Source: an uncultured Gemmatimonadales bacterium
GTDB taxonomy: Bacteria > Gemmatimonadota > Gemmatimonadetes > Gemmatimonadales > GWC2-71-9
Assembly (NCBI GenBank): GCA_963821525.1
Contig: CAWGED010000005.1
Location: forward strand, 256,001-320,000
Length of the DNA: 64,000 bases
Direction: 5' to 3'
Below are positions 30,298 through 40,675 of this stretch, one piece after another. Positions within the stretch are counted from its first letter, which is position 1. Each line of letters opens with the position of its first letter. The position numbers and the translations under genes were made by a program. The notes under the pieces were generated by a model. It ran no database searches. It was given only the letters and a program-made list of their open reading frames with translations, and was not told the origin of the DNA.

Positions 30298-30318
30298 ACT
30301 TTACCATGCAAAGTACTT
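30298..30318 (+). promoter_or_regulatory. Second copy of the operator, overlapping the start codon of the DUF4153-like gene
   Basis: ACTTTACCATGCAAAGTACTT, 18/21 identical to 29142-29162. Confidence 0.65.
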
Positions 30319-31757
30319 CAATCATCACCCGAACCCCGGCTTCCTGGCTCACCCTGTCGCTGCTCGCGGGCGTGGGGTCTCATCTCGTGTTCCACGAGGC
30401 TGACGTTGGGCTGAACGTGCTCATCTGGGCGGCACTGCTCGAGCTGTGCTGGCTTGGGCTCCGCCCCGATCAGCGGCCCACTCGACAGCAACGGTTGCTG
30501 CTTGGCCTGGCGCTCTGCTTCGCGGCTGGATTCGCCTGGCGGACGTCGCCGTTCCTGCGTCTGGCCGATGCCATTGGCCTCGTCACCTGTGCCGTGCTCA
30601 TGCCGCTGGTTCGGGAAGAGTCCCTTCTGACCCTGAGACTTCACCGATTCCTGGGCGGCGTGCGTAACCTGTTCGCCCGGGTCGGGGCAGGGCTGATCCC
30701 CGCAGCCTTTGACGCGCAGGAGGAGGCCAGGGATCGGGGAGCACCCAGCGTTCTGCTCCCTGCCGCGCGTGGGATGGTGCTCGCGGTGCCGGCTGTCGTG
30801 GTATTCGGGTCCTTGCTGGCTTCGGCCGATGCGGACTTCGAGAGACTGGTCAACAGCCTGGTGAGGTTCGATCCCGAATGGCTCCTCACCACGAGCCTGA
30901 GCATCATGTTTTTCTCCTGGTTAGCCGCCGGTGTGCTCAGCCGGAGGACTGGCGCAAACGTCTCCCTGCCTTGGGGACCGGGTGGCCTCGGGGCGATCGA
31001 GGTAAGCATCGTCCTGGGTGTGGTTGACGTGATGTTTCTGACCTTCGTCGTCCTGCAGGGGCGGTACTTCTTCGGCGGGGAGGCGCTGGTCCGTCAGGAT
31101 CCCGGGCTCAGCTTCTCGGAGTACGCGCGCCGAGGGTTCTTCGAGCTGGTAGCCGTCTCGGCACTGGTGTTGCCGCTGGCGCTTGTCATCAAGGGCCGGC
31201 TTCGGCCTGATGACAGCCGTGCCTTGCGCAGCTATCGCATTGCGGCTGGAGTTCTCACCGCGCTCACTCTGGTCATCGTGGCCTCCGCTTTCCATCGAAT
31301 GGCGATCTATCAACGCCAGTTCGGCCTCACCGAGCAGCGCTTCTACGCCAGCGCCTTCATCGGCGGGATCGCCTATACCCTCGTCTGGTTCGCTTCGACG
31401 GTTCTTGCTGGACGCGACCGTCGTTTCCTTGGCGGTACCCTGGTGGCATGGACCGCCTGGGTCGCGATGCTGCATCTCACCAATCCCGCCGCTGTCATTG
31501 CCCGGGTGAATATCCAGCGGGCGACGGAGGGGCGTGAGTTCGACGCGGCATACATCGCCTCCCTCGGGGCCGACGCGGTCCCCACACTGATAGCGGGCCT
31601 CGACCGGCTATCGCCGAGTCATCGAGCAGCTCTCCTGGGCAAGCTCAACTGGGAACGGATCGCCCCCAGCGAGCACGACTGGCGCTCCTGGTCGCTTGCC
31701 GAGGCGAAGGCTCGCACGCTTGCCAGTCAGGTAGCGCTTTCAGAAACGAACCACTGA
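30306..31757 (+). CDS. DUF4153/DUF4173-like polytopic membrane protein
   Basis: LLASADADF, EYARRGFFELVAV, SAFHRMAIYQRQFGLTEQRFY, DAAYIASLGADAVP; start set at ATG 30306. Confidence 0.82.
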   Translation: MQSTSIITRTPASWLTLSLLAGVGSHLVFHEADVGLNVLIWAALLELCWLGLRPDQRPTRQQRLLLGLALCFAAGFAWRTSPFLRLADAIGLVTCAVLMPLVREESLLTLRLHRFLGGVRNLFARVGAGLIPAAFDAQEEARDRGAPSVLLPAARGMVLAVPAVVVFGSLLASADADFERLVNSLVRFDPEWLLTTSLSIMFFSWLAAGVLSRRTGANVSLPWGPGGLGAIEVSIVLGVVDVMFLTFVVLQGRYFFGGEALVRQDPGLSFSEYARRGFFELVAVSALVLPLALVIKGRLRPDDSRALRSYRIAAGVLTALTLVIVASAFHRMAIYQRQFGLTEQRFYASAFIGGIAYTLVWFASTVLAGRDRRFLGGTLVAWTAWVAMLHLTNPAAVIARVNIQRATEGREFDAAYIASLGADAVPTLIAGLDRLSPSHRAALLGKLNWERIAPSEHDWRSWSLAEAKARTLASQVALSETNH

Positions 31758-31770
31758 GATACGACGGACT

Positions 31771-32478
31771 ATGTCAAACTCCATCATCATCCTTCAAGTG
31801 CTGGGTTTTCTGGGAACCGGGGCGCTAATCGTGGCGGGTCTCGCCGGCACTATGTGGACGGCTTCCCGGGGCTGGGCGGGGTTGAGTCGTAACCTGGCCT
31901 TCGGCACCTTCGGTCTTGTGGCCCTGTATATCGCGGTGCTAGTGGGCGGGGGAATGTTCAGTCGAGGCCGGATCCTTCCAGTAAACGCCGAGAAGTACTT
32001 CTGTGAGCTGGATTGTCACCTGGCCTATTCGGTAACTGATGTCCGGGTCGCGGATTCACTCGGGACGGCTGAGGACGGTCTGCGATCGAACGGGCGTTTC
32101 TGGCTGGTGACGGTGCGCACCTGGTTCGATCCGAACACGATCTCGGCCCGGCGCTCCCTTACCGAGCCTACCTGGCCGGCACCGCGGAAGGTGGCGCTGG
32201 TGAGTGCCGAAGGGGTTCGCTATCCGCCGGTCGAAGACGTGGATTCGGCGTTGTCGAGATCCGGAATCGTTTCTACTCCCATTACGAAGGAGCTTCCTCC
32301 TGGCGCCTCATACACCACAACTTTCGTGTTCGATCTCCCTGAGGAGACTGTGGCGACCGGATTGTTGTTGACCGACGATCTCGTGGTGAGTCGCTTTCTG
32401 ATCGGACACGAGCGCAGTCCGTTCCACGCCCCCACGCTGCTTCAGTTGCCTTCCACCTCGGTGGCGAAGGGAACCTGA
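31771..32478 (+). CDS. Membrane-anchored hypothetical protein
   Basis: Two N-terminal TM segments, FCELDCH motif, beta-rich domain (LPPGASYTTTFVFDLP). Confidence 0.7.
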   Translation: MSNSIIILQVLGFLGTGALIVAGLAGTMWTASRGWAGLSRNLAFGTFGLVALYIAVLVGGGMFSRGRILPVNAEKYFCELDCHLAYSVTDVRVADSLGTAEDGLRSNGRFWLVTVRTWFDPNTISARRSLTEPTWPAPRKVALVSAEGVRYPPVEDVDSALSRSGIVSTPITKELPPGASYTTTFVFDLPEETVATGLLLTDDLVVSRFLIGHERSPFHAPTLLQLPSTSVAKGT

Positions 32479-32483
32479 CCTCG

Positions 32484-32648
32484 ATGGACGCTGTGCCGCT
32501 GGTGGTCGCAGCGATGCTTTCGACCACTCTTGGCTTCTCGCGGTACCACGCCAGGGTCGACACGACTTCCGTGGTGGATCGCCTGGCGTGCTGGGGCTGT
32601 TTCCTCGTCGCCATACTGGCGATGCTCGCCTCCATGGCCGGGGACTAG
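32484..32648 (+). CDS. Small 54-aa membrane protein (not in ORF track)
   Basis: MDAVPLVVAAMLSTTLGFSRYHARVDTTSVVDRLACWGCFLVAILAMLASMAGD; starts 5 nt after the previous stop. Confidence 0.5.
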   Translation: MDAVPLVVAAMLSTTLGFSRYHARVDTTSVVDRLACWGCFLVAILAMLASMAGD

Positions 32649-32701
32649 CGGTCGAGATACCCTCCCGTTCTGTTTCAGACGGTCTCAACAGGATCGTCTT
32701 C

Positions 32702-33019
32702 ATGAAGCACTATCCGGACTCCTGGCTCCCCGCCATGTTTGGGGTCCTGCTGCTTCCTTCCATTGGAGCCTGCCAGCGCGTGAAGCCAATCGGCAGTGAC
32801 GAGATTCGGGTTTCCGGAACCATCGAGCTCACTCCGGTCGGAGTGAATTGCTGGCGGCTGACGGGCAAGGACGGCAAGAACTACGAGCTGCGCGCCGATC
32901 AGGCGCCGACCGGATTGCTCACCAATGGCAAGGCGGTAACCCTGGTCCTCAAGCTCCGGTCCGACCTGATGAGTGCCTGTCAGGTGGGCCAGATTGCCGA
33001 TGTGGTGCGGGTGGAGTAG
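32702..33019 (+). CDS. Small lipoprotein, beta-rich (OB-fold-like)
   Basis: Lipobox IGAC; CWRLTGKDGKNYEL ... MSACQVG Cys pair. Confidence 0.7.
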   Translation: MKHYPDSWLPAMFGVLLLPSIGACQRVKPIGSDEIRVSGTIELTPVGVNCWRLTGKDGKNYELRADQAPTGLLTNGKAVTLVLKLRSDLMSACQVGQIADVVRVE

Positions 33020-33070
33020 CGAACGAAACTCCCACCCCCAACGCCCCGTAGGCTTCCCCCGACCCGCAGG

Positions 33071-34813
33071 TTGGTCCCTATGAGCAGTCCCTCTTTCATG
33101 GAGAAACGCGTGTCTCCCATTGGACGGCAGTTCGGGGCCGGAGTCGCCCTTCTGATCGCGGTCTCGGGATGCAGTCACGGTGGTGCCAATGTCGCCGCCG
33201 CTCCCTCCAGCACCGATGCGTTCTCTCCCAGCCTGATGCGTACTCGCCTCTTCGCCTATGCCGATGATTCCATGCTCGGCCGGGAGGCAGGTCATCCGGG
33301 CAACGTCAAGGCGACGACCTACATCGCGGGCCAGGTGCAAGCGCTGGGTCTCGAGGCGGCGGGTGACAACGGCACCTATTTCCAGACGCTGCCGCTGGTC
33401 GGACGGGCGCTGGATTCCACCACCAATGTGACGGTTGACGGTGCGCCATTGGAGCTGTGGAAGGATTACGCCCCGCTTCCTCCGATCGAAGGGGTTCCGG
33501 TGGCGGAGAGCGGCGCGCTGAACCAGGTGCCGGTGGTGTACGGCGGCCGAATGGGAGATTCGGTTGCGGTGCTGAGTGCGGATGACGCGAAGGGCAAGAT
33601 CGTGGTGCTGGGCCCGGCGATGGATCCCACCGGGAAAGAGGTCTTCAATCTCTCCATGGGTTCCTTCATTCGCTATCAGGGAGCCGCCGCCATCGCGATG
33701 GCAAACTGGGATCTGGCCCCTCCCGGTGTAGCGGATTTTCTCCGTCAGTCAGGGGCGGAAATGAAGGAAGGCTCCGACGATCCGGCGGCGGCTCGGCCCC
33801 TCGCCATTTTTGTGACGCGCGCGGCTGCGGAGAAGATGCTGGGCGGCTCGGTCTCGAGTCTGCAATCGGGCGCCGCGGGCAAGTCCATCAACGGCAAGAT
33901 TGCCTTTACCGAGACTCAGCCCGAGGCGCCGGCGAGAAATGTGATTGCGATCCTGCGCGGTAGCGATCCGGCCCTGGCGGGTGAGTTCGTGGCCATCGGC
34001 GCTCACAATGACCACATCGGGACGACCGACGAGCCGGTGGATGCCGATTCGATCTGGGCCTTCAACAAGGTCATGCGTCCCATGGGGGCGGAGAACGAGC
34101 CGGGAATTCCCTCTCCCGAGCAGGCGGCGCGGATCAAGAGCCTCATCGACAGCGTGCGGAAGACCCATCCCGCCGGACGGGTCGATTCGGTCTACAATGG
34201 CGCCGATGACGATGGATCAGGCTCGATGACCGTGCTGTCCATAGCCCAGGCGTTTGCCGAGAGCAAGACCAAGCCCAAGCGTTCGATCATCTTCGTGTGG
34301 CACACCGGAGAGGAAGAGGGACTCTGGGGTTCGGACTGGTTCACCCGCCATTCCACGATCCCGCGGGACTCGATCGTGGCCCAGCTCAACATCGACATGG
34401 TGGGGCGCGGTGGGGTCAACGACCTCAAGGGAGGCGGCCCGGGCTACCTCCAGCTCATCGGCTCACGCCGGCTTTCTACCGAGCTGGGGGACCTGGTGGA
34501 GAGCGTCAACAAGAGCGGGAATCACGGATTCACCTTCGACTACAGCTACGACGCGAACGGCCATCCCGACAACATCTACTGCCGCAGTGATCACGCGATG
34601 TACGCCCGCTTCGGCATTCCCATCGTGTTCTTCACCACCGGCGGGCACTCCGACTATCACATGCTCTCCGACGAGCCCCAGCGCATCGACTACACCAAGA
34701 TGAGTCACGTCGGGTCACTGGTCTACGACATCGCGCTCCACGTGGCCGATCTGGATCACCGCGTGGTGGTCGACAAGCCGAAGCCGGATCCGGAGGCGCC
34801 GTGTAAGCAATGA
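33071..34813 (+). CDS. M28 family metallopeptidase with PA domain, lipoprotein (start may be GTG 33110)
   Basis: VSGC lipobox; IGAHNDH, NGADDDGSG, TGEEEGLWGS, NIDMVGR, RSDH, DYH. Confidence 0.92.
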   Translation: MVPMSSPSFMEKRVSPIGRQFGAGVALLIAVSGCSHGGANVAAAPSSTDAFSPSLMRTRLFAYADDSMLGREAGHPGNVKATTYIAGQVQALGLEAAGDNGTYFQTLPLVGRALDSTTNVTVDGAPLELWKDYAPLPPIEGVPVAESGALNQVPVVYGGRMGDSVAVLSADDAKGKIVVLGPAMDPTGKEVFNLSMGSFIRYQGAAAIAMANWDLAPPGVADFLRQSGAEMKEGSDDPAAARPLAIFVTRAAAEKMLGGSVSSLQSGAAGKSINGKIAFTETQPEAPARNVIAILRGSDPALAGEFVAIGAHNDHIGTTDEPVDADSIWAFNKVMRPMGAENEPGIPSPEQAARIKSLIDSVRKTHPAGRVDSVYNGADDDGSGSMTVLSIAQAFAESKTKPKRSIIFVWHTGEEEGLWGSDWFTRHSTIPRDSIVAQLNIDMVGRGGVNDLKGGGPGYLQLIGSRRLSTELGDLVESVNKSGNHGFTFDYSYDANGHPDNIYCRSDHAMYARFGIPIVFFTTGGHSDYHMLSDEPQRIDYTKMSHVGSLVYDIALHVADLDHRVVVDKPKPDPEAPCKQ

Positions 34814-34956
34814 TGAATGAGAGAATGGCGGAATGGCGGAATGATGAATGGCGGAATGTTGAACGCAGGAATGTCGAATGGAATGCCTGTAGTCCTCGAC
34901 CATTCCGGCATTCCTCCAATCCGCCATTCGTCAATTCGCCATTCCGCCATTCATCA
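34809..34956. repeat. Inverted arrays of the 7/8-mer GAATGGCG / CGCCATTC between convergent genes
   Basis: Left arm 34809-34886, right arm 34901-34956; both flanking stop codons are the TGA of TGATGAATG. Confidence 0.85.
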
Positions 34957-37790
34957 ATGCTCCCCAATCATCTCCGCCAGCCTCCGCTTCGCCTCCGCCA
35001 CCTGGGGCTGCAGCTCGGGTCAGCGTTCTTCCATAGTTCGATGAACTTCTGGAGATGCTGCGCTGCCTTCTCCCGGTCGCCGCGCTGGGCATACAGCTCG
35101 CCTAGCCGCTTGTGGGTGAACGCCAGATACTGGGCGTCGATTTCGAGCTGATCCTCCATCGGTGACACCAGGTATTTCTCATAGGAAGCGATGGCCGAGT
35201 CGGGCCGGCTGGCCGCTTCCCAGGCTCGTGCCAGCTCGGCCAGCACGCAGCGTTCGCAGGGAGCGGCTATGGTCGCTGCTTGCAGTTGACGCACGGCCGT
35301 CTGCGGGTTGTTCTCGGCGAGTGCGATCATTCCCAGGACGCCCTGATAGTACGCCTCGCTCCGTCCCCGGATCTCGAGCGGCGACTGCTCGTACTCGCGG
35401 AGGGTGGCGCGGGCACGGTCGGGTCGGCCGACCATTGCCTCGAGGTACGCCACGTCGAGATAGGGACGGTCCACCGAATCGAGCTGGGCGTAGGGATAGC
35501 GGCGGAGCGCGGTATCCAGAATCCGGATCGCGCCTGAGCGATCCCCCTCGAACCATCCGGCGATGCCGACGAGCATAAGTTCCGAACCGAGGGCATAGTT
35601 CAACACGCCCGCCTGAGCCGCTCCTCTGCTGTTTTCCGAAATGAGTTCTCTGGCCTCCCCCAGGTGACCTTCCAGGAGCTTCACCTGTGCCAGGTTTGCT
35701 GTTGCGCGCACCCTTCTCCTCCGGGCTGATCTCGGGCGACGTCCTGAGACCGGTGTAGATGACTCGGGCTGTATCGTATCGCCCCTGTGAAACAGCGAGT
35801 TCAGCGGCGATCCACGGTGTCCCGCTGTAGTCGGGGAACTTGTTCGACGCCTGCCGCAATAAGGCCGTCGCGCTGTCCGATTGGCCGGAAGCGATAAACC
35901 CCTGGACCAGGTTGAACCAGGCGGTGGCGGGGCTGGAATCGGCTGCGATGGCGCGGTGATAGTACTCGTTTGCCTTCTCAGGGTTCTTCAGCCGGGCATA
36001 GACCAGCCCCAGATTGTTGAGCGCTGGATGTTGTCCGGCTCAATGTCGAGCAGGGCATTGTAGGCGGAAAGCGCCTTCTGCGGTTGGATATCGACCCGGG
36101 TGTAATACGTACCGAGCGTCAGGTAACGCTCCCGTTCGGTAAGCCGGTCCTGATGGCGTAGCGCGTTCTGCATCGCGTGACGCTGCTTTGCCCGCTCGCC
36201 GACGTTGCCGTAATTCACGCCGAGCTTGCGCCAGGCCATGGCGAATCCGGTATCGAGCGCCACGGCCTCTTCCAGAAGCTGGTCAGCCCGGCTGGAAGCT
36301 CCTGCCGTGGCGCCAATGCGCATGGCCTGCGAGTACTTCCGCAATGCTTCCAGTGATGGTGTGGTCACCTGCTCCAGCGGTTGGCCCACGCCGATGCTCT
36401 TGAGCGACTCGCCGATCTTCCGCCTGAGCTCGTGTGACACTTTGCCGATGGTCTCGATCAGTTCGGTAGAGTCCTTCGCCACTTCGCGAAATGCGGCCAG
36501 TGGCTCCCCGTTCGCGGCCGAAATGATTTGAGCCGAAAAGGTGAACGAGGGACCGACGGAGGCGATGTCTCCTGTGATCACCGCCTTCACGCCTTCTCGC
36601 TGAGCGATTTCCCGCGCCAGTGCTGGGATCGATGGCCGAGCTGTCGGGCCGCTGCATTCGCTCGAGCGCCGCCGCGATCTGCGCCGGGGAGAACACCGTC
36701 ACCGTGCGCGATTGGGTGAGGTCTACTCGAAGTGCCTCTCCCGCAGCGATACCCAGAGTCGAATCGCGAGTGCGATTGGTGATATCGGCGAGGAGCACGG
36801 GATCCCGTGCATCGAGCACGCCCTGCGCGACGAGGGACCTCCCGGGTATGAGCCCGGCGAAGTACCCGCCGAGGAGCACGGTGAGGGCCAGCGCGCTTGC
36901 GCCGAGGAGCACGGTTCGTTTGCGGCGCCGGGGGACCGGGGTGAAGGCTCCGCTCGAGAGTGAGCTCAGCCGCTGCCGCACCTCGTCGGCCGAGGCGGGC
37001 CGCAGGTCACGATCCTTCTCCAGGCACTGCATCAGAAGGGCGGCCAGCGGTGGCGGGCAGTCGGGCCGACCCAGGGTGACGTCAGCCGGTTTTTCGGTGA
37101 GATGCGCTGCAAGCAGCTCCTGCGGAGTCCGTCCGGCGAACGGCGCCTTCCCGGTCAGCATCTCGTAGCCCAGCGCGCCGAAGGCATAGAGGTCTGCGCG
37201 ATGGTCGATGTTGGGATCGGCGGCGATCTGTTCCGGCGCCATGTACGCCGGAGTTCCCATCGAGAGCCCTGCCGAGGTGAGCGTCCCGCCTGGCGCAACG
37301 CTTCCAGCGCCTTCGCGATCCCGAAATCGGTGACCACCGCGTGCTGGCCGCTGAGCAGGATGTTTTCCGGCTTGATGTCGCGGTGCACCACGCCATGCCG
37401 GTGCGCGTAGGCCAGCGCGTCGGCGACTTCTCCAGCAGGCTGACGACATCCGCCGTGGCGAGTTCGCTCTTCCGGTTCGAGCGGGGCCCGGAGCGATTCC
37501 CCCTCGACGAAGGGCATCGTGTAGTAGAGCGTCCCGCCGGCTTCTCCGGCCGTCAGCAGGGGGACGATATGAGGATGGTGCAGCCGCGCTGCGAGCTGGA
37601 TCTCGCGGCGGAACCGGTCCGCCGAGAGATCGCCGGCGTATTCAGGCGGAAGGACCTTGATCACTACTTGGCGGCCCAGCGCCGTCTCCTCGGCGACGAA
37701 GACACGGCTCATCCCTCCACCACCCAACTCGCGTTCGAGGCGGTAGGCGGTGCCAAGGGCCTGCTGTAAGCGGTCTTGTAGTTCGGTCAA
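34954..37790 (-). CDS. Ser/Thr protein kinase with TM segment and C-terminal TPR region (multiple frameshifts)
   Basis: ELGGGGMSRVF, VVIKVL, VHRDIKPENILL, TDFGIAKA, GTPAYMAPEQ, ADLYAFG; TPR-like helices; reconstructed end ELQPQVAEAKRRLAEMIGEH-TGA 34954. Confidence 0.88.
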
Positions 37791-37891
37791 GGAACTGGGG
37801 TGAGGGTGGTGAAAGTTACCGAAATCAGTGGTCCGTGGGCAGGTGTCGGACCGGGAATGGGCCGGGCTCGGCGGTATTACACTTGAGCGTA

Positions 37892-38767
37892 ATGCGCTCC
37901 TTTCATATCTCCCGCCGAGGATTCCTCCTGGGTGCCGCGGCGACCGCCGGAGCTCTCGCGACCGACGCGTTCGGGATCGAGGGCCGTCGAGTCTACATCA
38001 CCCGCCACGATGTCGAGATCCCGGGTCTGCCCGATGCTCTCGACGGGCTCCGAATCGCGCAGGTGACTGACATGCATCTGCATGGAGGTCTCCATGCCGC
38101 GGCCCGGGCCACGATGGAATTGATCCAGACCGAGAAGCCTGAGATTACCCTCCTCACCGGAGACGCCTGCGAGCATCAGAGCTACCTGCCCGATGTCACA
38201 ACCTTCACGCGCGAGTGCCGTGGTTCCGTTGCGACGCTGGCATTGATGGGGAACTGGGAGTACTTCGTGGACATCAGCTCGACGCAGGCCGAGGCCGCCT
38301 ACAGTGCGGCCGGCGCCGAACTCCTGCTGAACCGGTCACGCCGGATCGAAATCGGAAACGCGTCGCTGAATATCATCGGGCTCGATGATCCGGTTCGCGG
38401 CAAGCCGGACCTTCAGCAGACTCTGAAATACGCCCTTCCTGCAGACATCCAGATCTGGGCCTACCATGCCCCCGGCTACGCCGACGTGATCCCGCCCGGC
38501 ATCGGCCCGCCGCCCGCGTTCATGCTGGCCGGTCACACCCACGGCGGCCAGATCCGCCCGCCCTTCTTCCCGCCCTTCCTCCCGTTCGGCAGCGGGCGTT
38601 TTGTCCAGGGCTGGTACCGCGACACTCTGGCACCGCTCTATGTCTCCCGCGGCATCGGGACGACCACGATTCGGGCCCGGTTCCGGTGTCCGGCGGAGCT
38701 GCCGGTGTTCGTCCTGCGGAAAGGGCAGGGACGTGGCATAGTGACGAGGGAAAGGGCTGAGGACTGA
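37892..38767 (+). CDS. Tat-exported metallophosphoesterase (YkuE-like)
   Basis: SRRGFL twin-arginine motif; DMH, TGD, GNWE, YHAP, AGHTHGGQ, LYVSRGIG. Confidence 0.9.
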   Translation: MRSFHISRRGFLLGAAATAGALATDAFGIEGRRVYITRHDVEIPGLPDALDGLRIAQVTDMHLHGGLHAAARATMELIQTEKPEITLLTGDACEHQSYLPDVTTFTRECRGSVATLALMGNWEYFVDISSTQAEAAYSAAGAELLLNRSRRIEIGNASLNIIGLDDPVRGKPDLQQTLKYALPADIQIWAYHAPGYADVIPPGIGPPPAFMLAGHTHGGQIRPPFFPPFLPFGSGRFVQGWYRDTLAPLYVSRGIGTTTIRARFRCPAELPVFVLRKGQGRGIVTRERAED

Positions 38768-38773
38768 GGACTG
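38756..38773 (+). repeat. Heptamer array (AGGACTG)x2+ containing the gene's stop codon
   Basis: gctgaggactgaggactg. Confidence 0.7.
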
Positions 38774-38811
38774 CGTGAGAACCGTGGGCGGTGTACCGGA
38801 ACGGGCTACGG

Positions 38812-38924
38812 CACCTCATCCCGAGGACACCCCGAGCGAAGCGAGGGGGTCTGAGGGATCCAGCCTACTTGGCTTGGCACATTGGTTAAGAGGGTAGGTC
38901 CCTCGCTTTGCTCGGGATGAGGTG
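38812..38924. repeat. REP/MITE-like element with 14-bp terminal inverted repeats CACCTCATCCCGAG
   Basis: 38812-38825 / 38911-38924 perfect; internal cgagcgaagcgaggg / ccctcgctttgctcg; related to 29019-29115. Confidence 0.8.
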
Positions 38925-38970
38925 TTGGAGCAGTTCGCGTCTTTTCCCCGTTCCCTGTTCCCGCTCTTTA

Positions 38971-40638
38971 CTACTTCGCCCTTTCCATGTCCGCCAGAAT
39001 GGCGCCGGGCGCCAGCGGCCGGCCGAGGAACTGCTCCAGCACGGTCAGCGAAGGTCGCTCGAGGCCGAAGCGATAGATCTGGTCCGAGGCCCAGGGATAC
39101 CAGGTCGAATCGCTTGCAATGAAGGGGCCTCTGAGCGTGCGCATCCGGGCCCTCAGGTCCGCTGTGATGATGGCACCGATCGCGTAGTTCACCAGGTAAC
39201 CCGGCCCGTCGATCAGCTGACCTCGCATCGCCCACCACGACCACTCGGGATGGGGCCGAATTCTGAAATAGGTACTGGTAATATCGGTCCACAGCTGGTT
39301 GGGATCCTGGGACGGGTTACGGTCCATCCGCAGCTCGAAGAGCCCCCAGGCCACGTCGAACACGATCCCTGCGTACTTGGCCCGCAGGGATTCCGCGATT
39401 GTCACCGAATCGCCGAGGAAGCGGATCTGCCAGGCCGGCTCGTACAGCTCCATTGCTGGGAAGTCGGCTAAGGCTTCCGTGAACGTGTCGTTGTCGGGCC
39501 AGTCCATGTAGGCGGGGCGAGTCCGGATCGCCGCGATGTGGATCGCGTGGCCGGTCTCATGCAGCAATTCGGCGAGGTTGTCGAAACTGCCCGCGAGATA
39601 CGAGGTGAAGACCCAGGGCTCGCCGGAATTCCAGCGACCGTCCACTTGTCGCGGTCGGGCACCGAAGTCGGTGTATGCTACCGGATACTTCCCTGCGCGC
39701 GCCTCCAGATCATAGTGCACACCCAGGGTGACCGGAGTGGCTCCCAGCATCCGGTAGTAGTCGTCATTCACTCGGCGCATGTCTGCGAGTGTGGCCACCT
39801 TCGGGCTGAGCCGCCGGCTCGCTGCACCGGTCTGATAGTAGAAATTCCACGGCTCGAGTGTCGAATCGGGAGAGATCGAGCGCCAGGTCTCCAGGATTCG
39901 GACCAGCCAGCCTTCCATCTCTGTGCTGGGGACACCGAACGCGGCCGCCTTCTGTGCGATCGGAGAGACCTTCCCCTTCAATTCTTCGTGATACATCCGG
40001 GCGAGGATGCGATAGGGGCTGAGGGAATCATCCTGACCGTTGATGCTGCGCCAGACCGGTTGCAGCGCCAGAAACAGCCGCTCCCGCTTCGCTGCGTCAT
40101 CGGTACGTCCCAGTCGTCCCAGGATTTCGAGACGGTTGAGCCGCTCTCCATCCACCTCGATGTTTTCCGTGGCCTTGCCGTAACAACTCAGCACTCGCGC
40201 GGAGAGGAGGGAGATGCCCTCAGGCTGGCGCGCCAGGCTGTCCGGCGCGTAGTCGCACGATTCAGTGGCGGTTTCTCCCGAGCTCGAGTCCGAGTCTGAC
40301 GCCAGGAGCGAACGGCTCGATTCTCTAATTACCTGGAGGGCGGCACTGTCGGCCGGCGTGAGATCCTTCGGCACAGCCGCGAGCCGATTCTGGAAGACGG
40401 CTCGTGCGCTATCGCGACTCCTCTCCAGGGTGGCAACGGTGACCCCGTGCACGCTCTCGCTCGCTCCGCGCGCCTCGGTTACGCCAATCTGGTCCTGCCA
40501 GAAGCGGAGGGATTGGTAGCTGTCTTCGAGCGGAGCGAGTGGAGACGAAGCTGGTGCGACAGTGGGAGACGAATGGCAGCCTGTCGCGACCGCGAGGCAG
40601 GTCCCCATCACCGGGAGAAAAAAAGAAGGCCGCAGCAT
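38971..40638 (-). CDS. Lipoprotein zinc metallopeptidase (gluzincin, M2/M3-like)
   Basis: Lipobox ATGC; LLHETGHAIH (HExxH) plus downstream TEALAD; GYLVNYAIG. Confidence 0.75.
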   Translation of the reverse strand: MLRPSFFLPVMGTCLAVATGCHSSPTVAPASSPLAPLEDSYQSLRFWQDQIGVTEARGASESVHGVTVATLERSRDSARAVFQNRLAAVPKDLTPADSAALQVIRESSRSLLASDSDSSSGETATESCDYAPDSLARQPEGISLLSARVLSCYGKATENIEVDGERLNRLEILGRLGRTDDAAKRERLFLALQPVWRSINGQDDSLSPYRILARMYHEELKGKVSPIAQKAAAFGVPSTEMEGWLVRILETWRSISPDSTLEPWNFYYQTGAASRRLSPKVATLADMRRVNDDYYRMLGATPVTLGVHYDLEARAGKYPVAYTDFGARPRQVDGRWNSGEPWVFTSYLAGSFDNLAELLHETGHAIHIAAIRTRPAYMDWPDNDTFTEALADFPAMELYEPAWQIRFLGDSVTIAESLRAKYAGIVFDVAWGLFELRMDRNPSQDPNQLWTDITSTYFRIRPHPEWSWWAMRGQLIDGPGYLVNYAIGAIITADLRARMRTLRGPFIASDSTWYPWASDQIYRFGLERPSLTVLEQFLGRPLAPGAILADMERAK

Positions 40639-40675
40639 GGCTGAATCTGCGGCCTCCTGAATGGATGCGATACCC

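Noticed and set aside
30069..30305. Upstream extensions given by the ORF track (also 57510-57620 for gcvP, 58860-59495 for HU, 6043-6117 for ATPase 1)
   Set aside because: They overlap other genes or repeats; downstream starts fit family N-termini better.
34715..35151. Short repetitive ORFs such as MAEWRNDEWRN...
   Set aside because: They are translations of the GAATGGCG repeat arrays, with no independent sign of coding.
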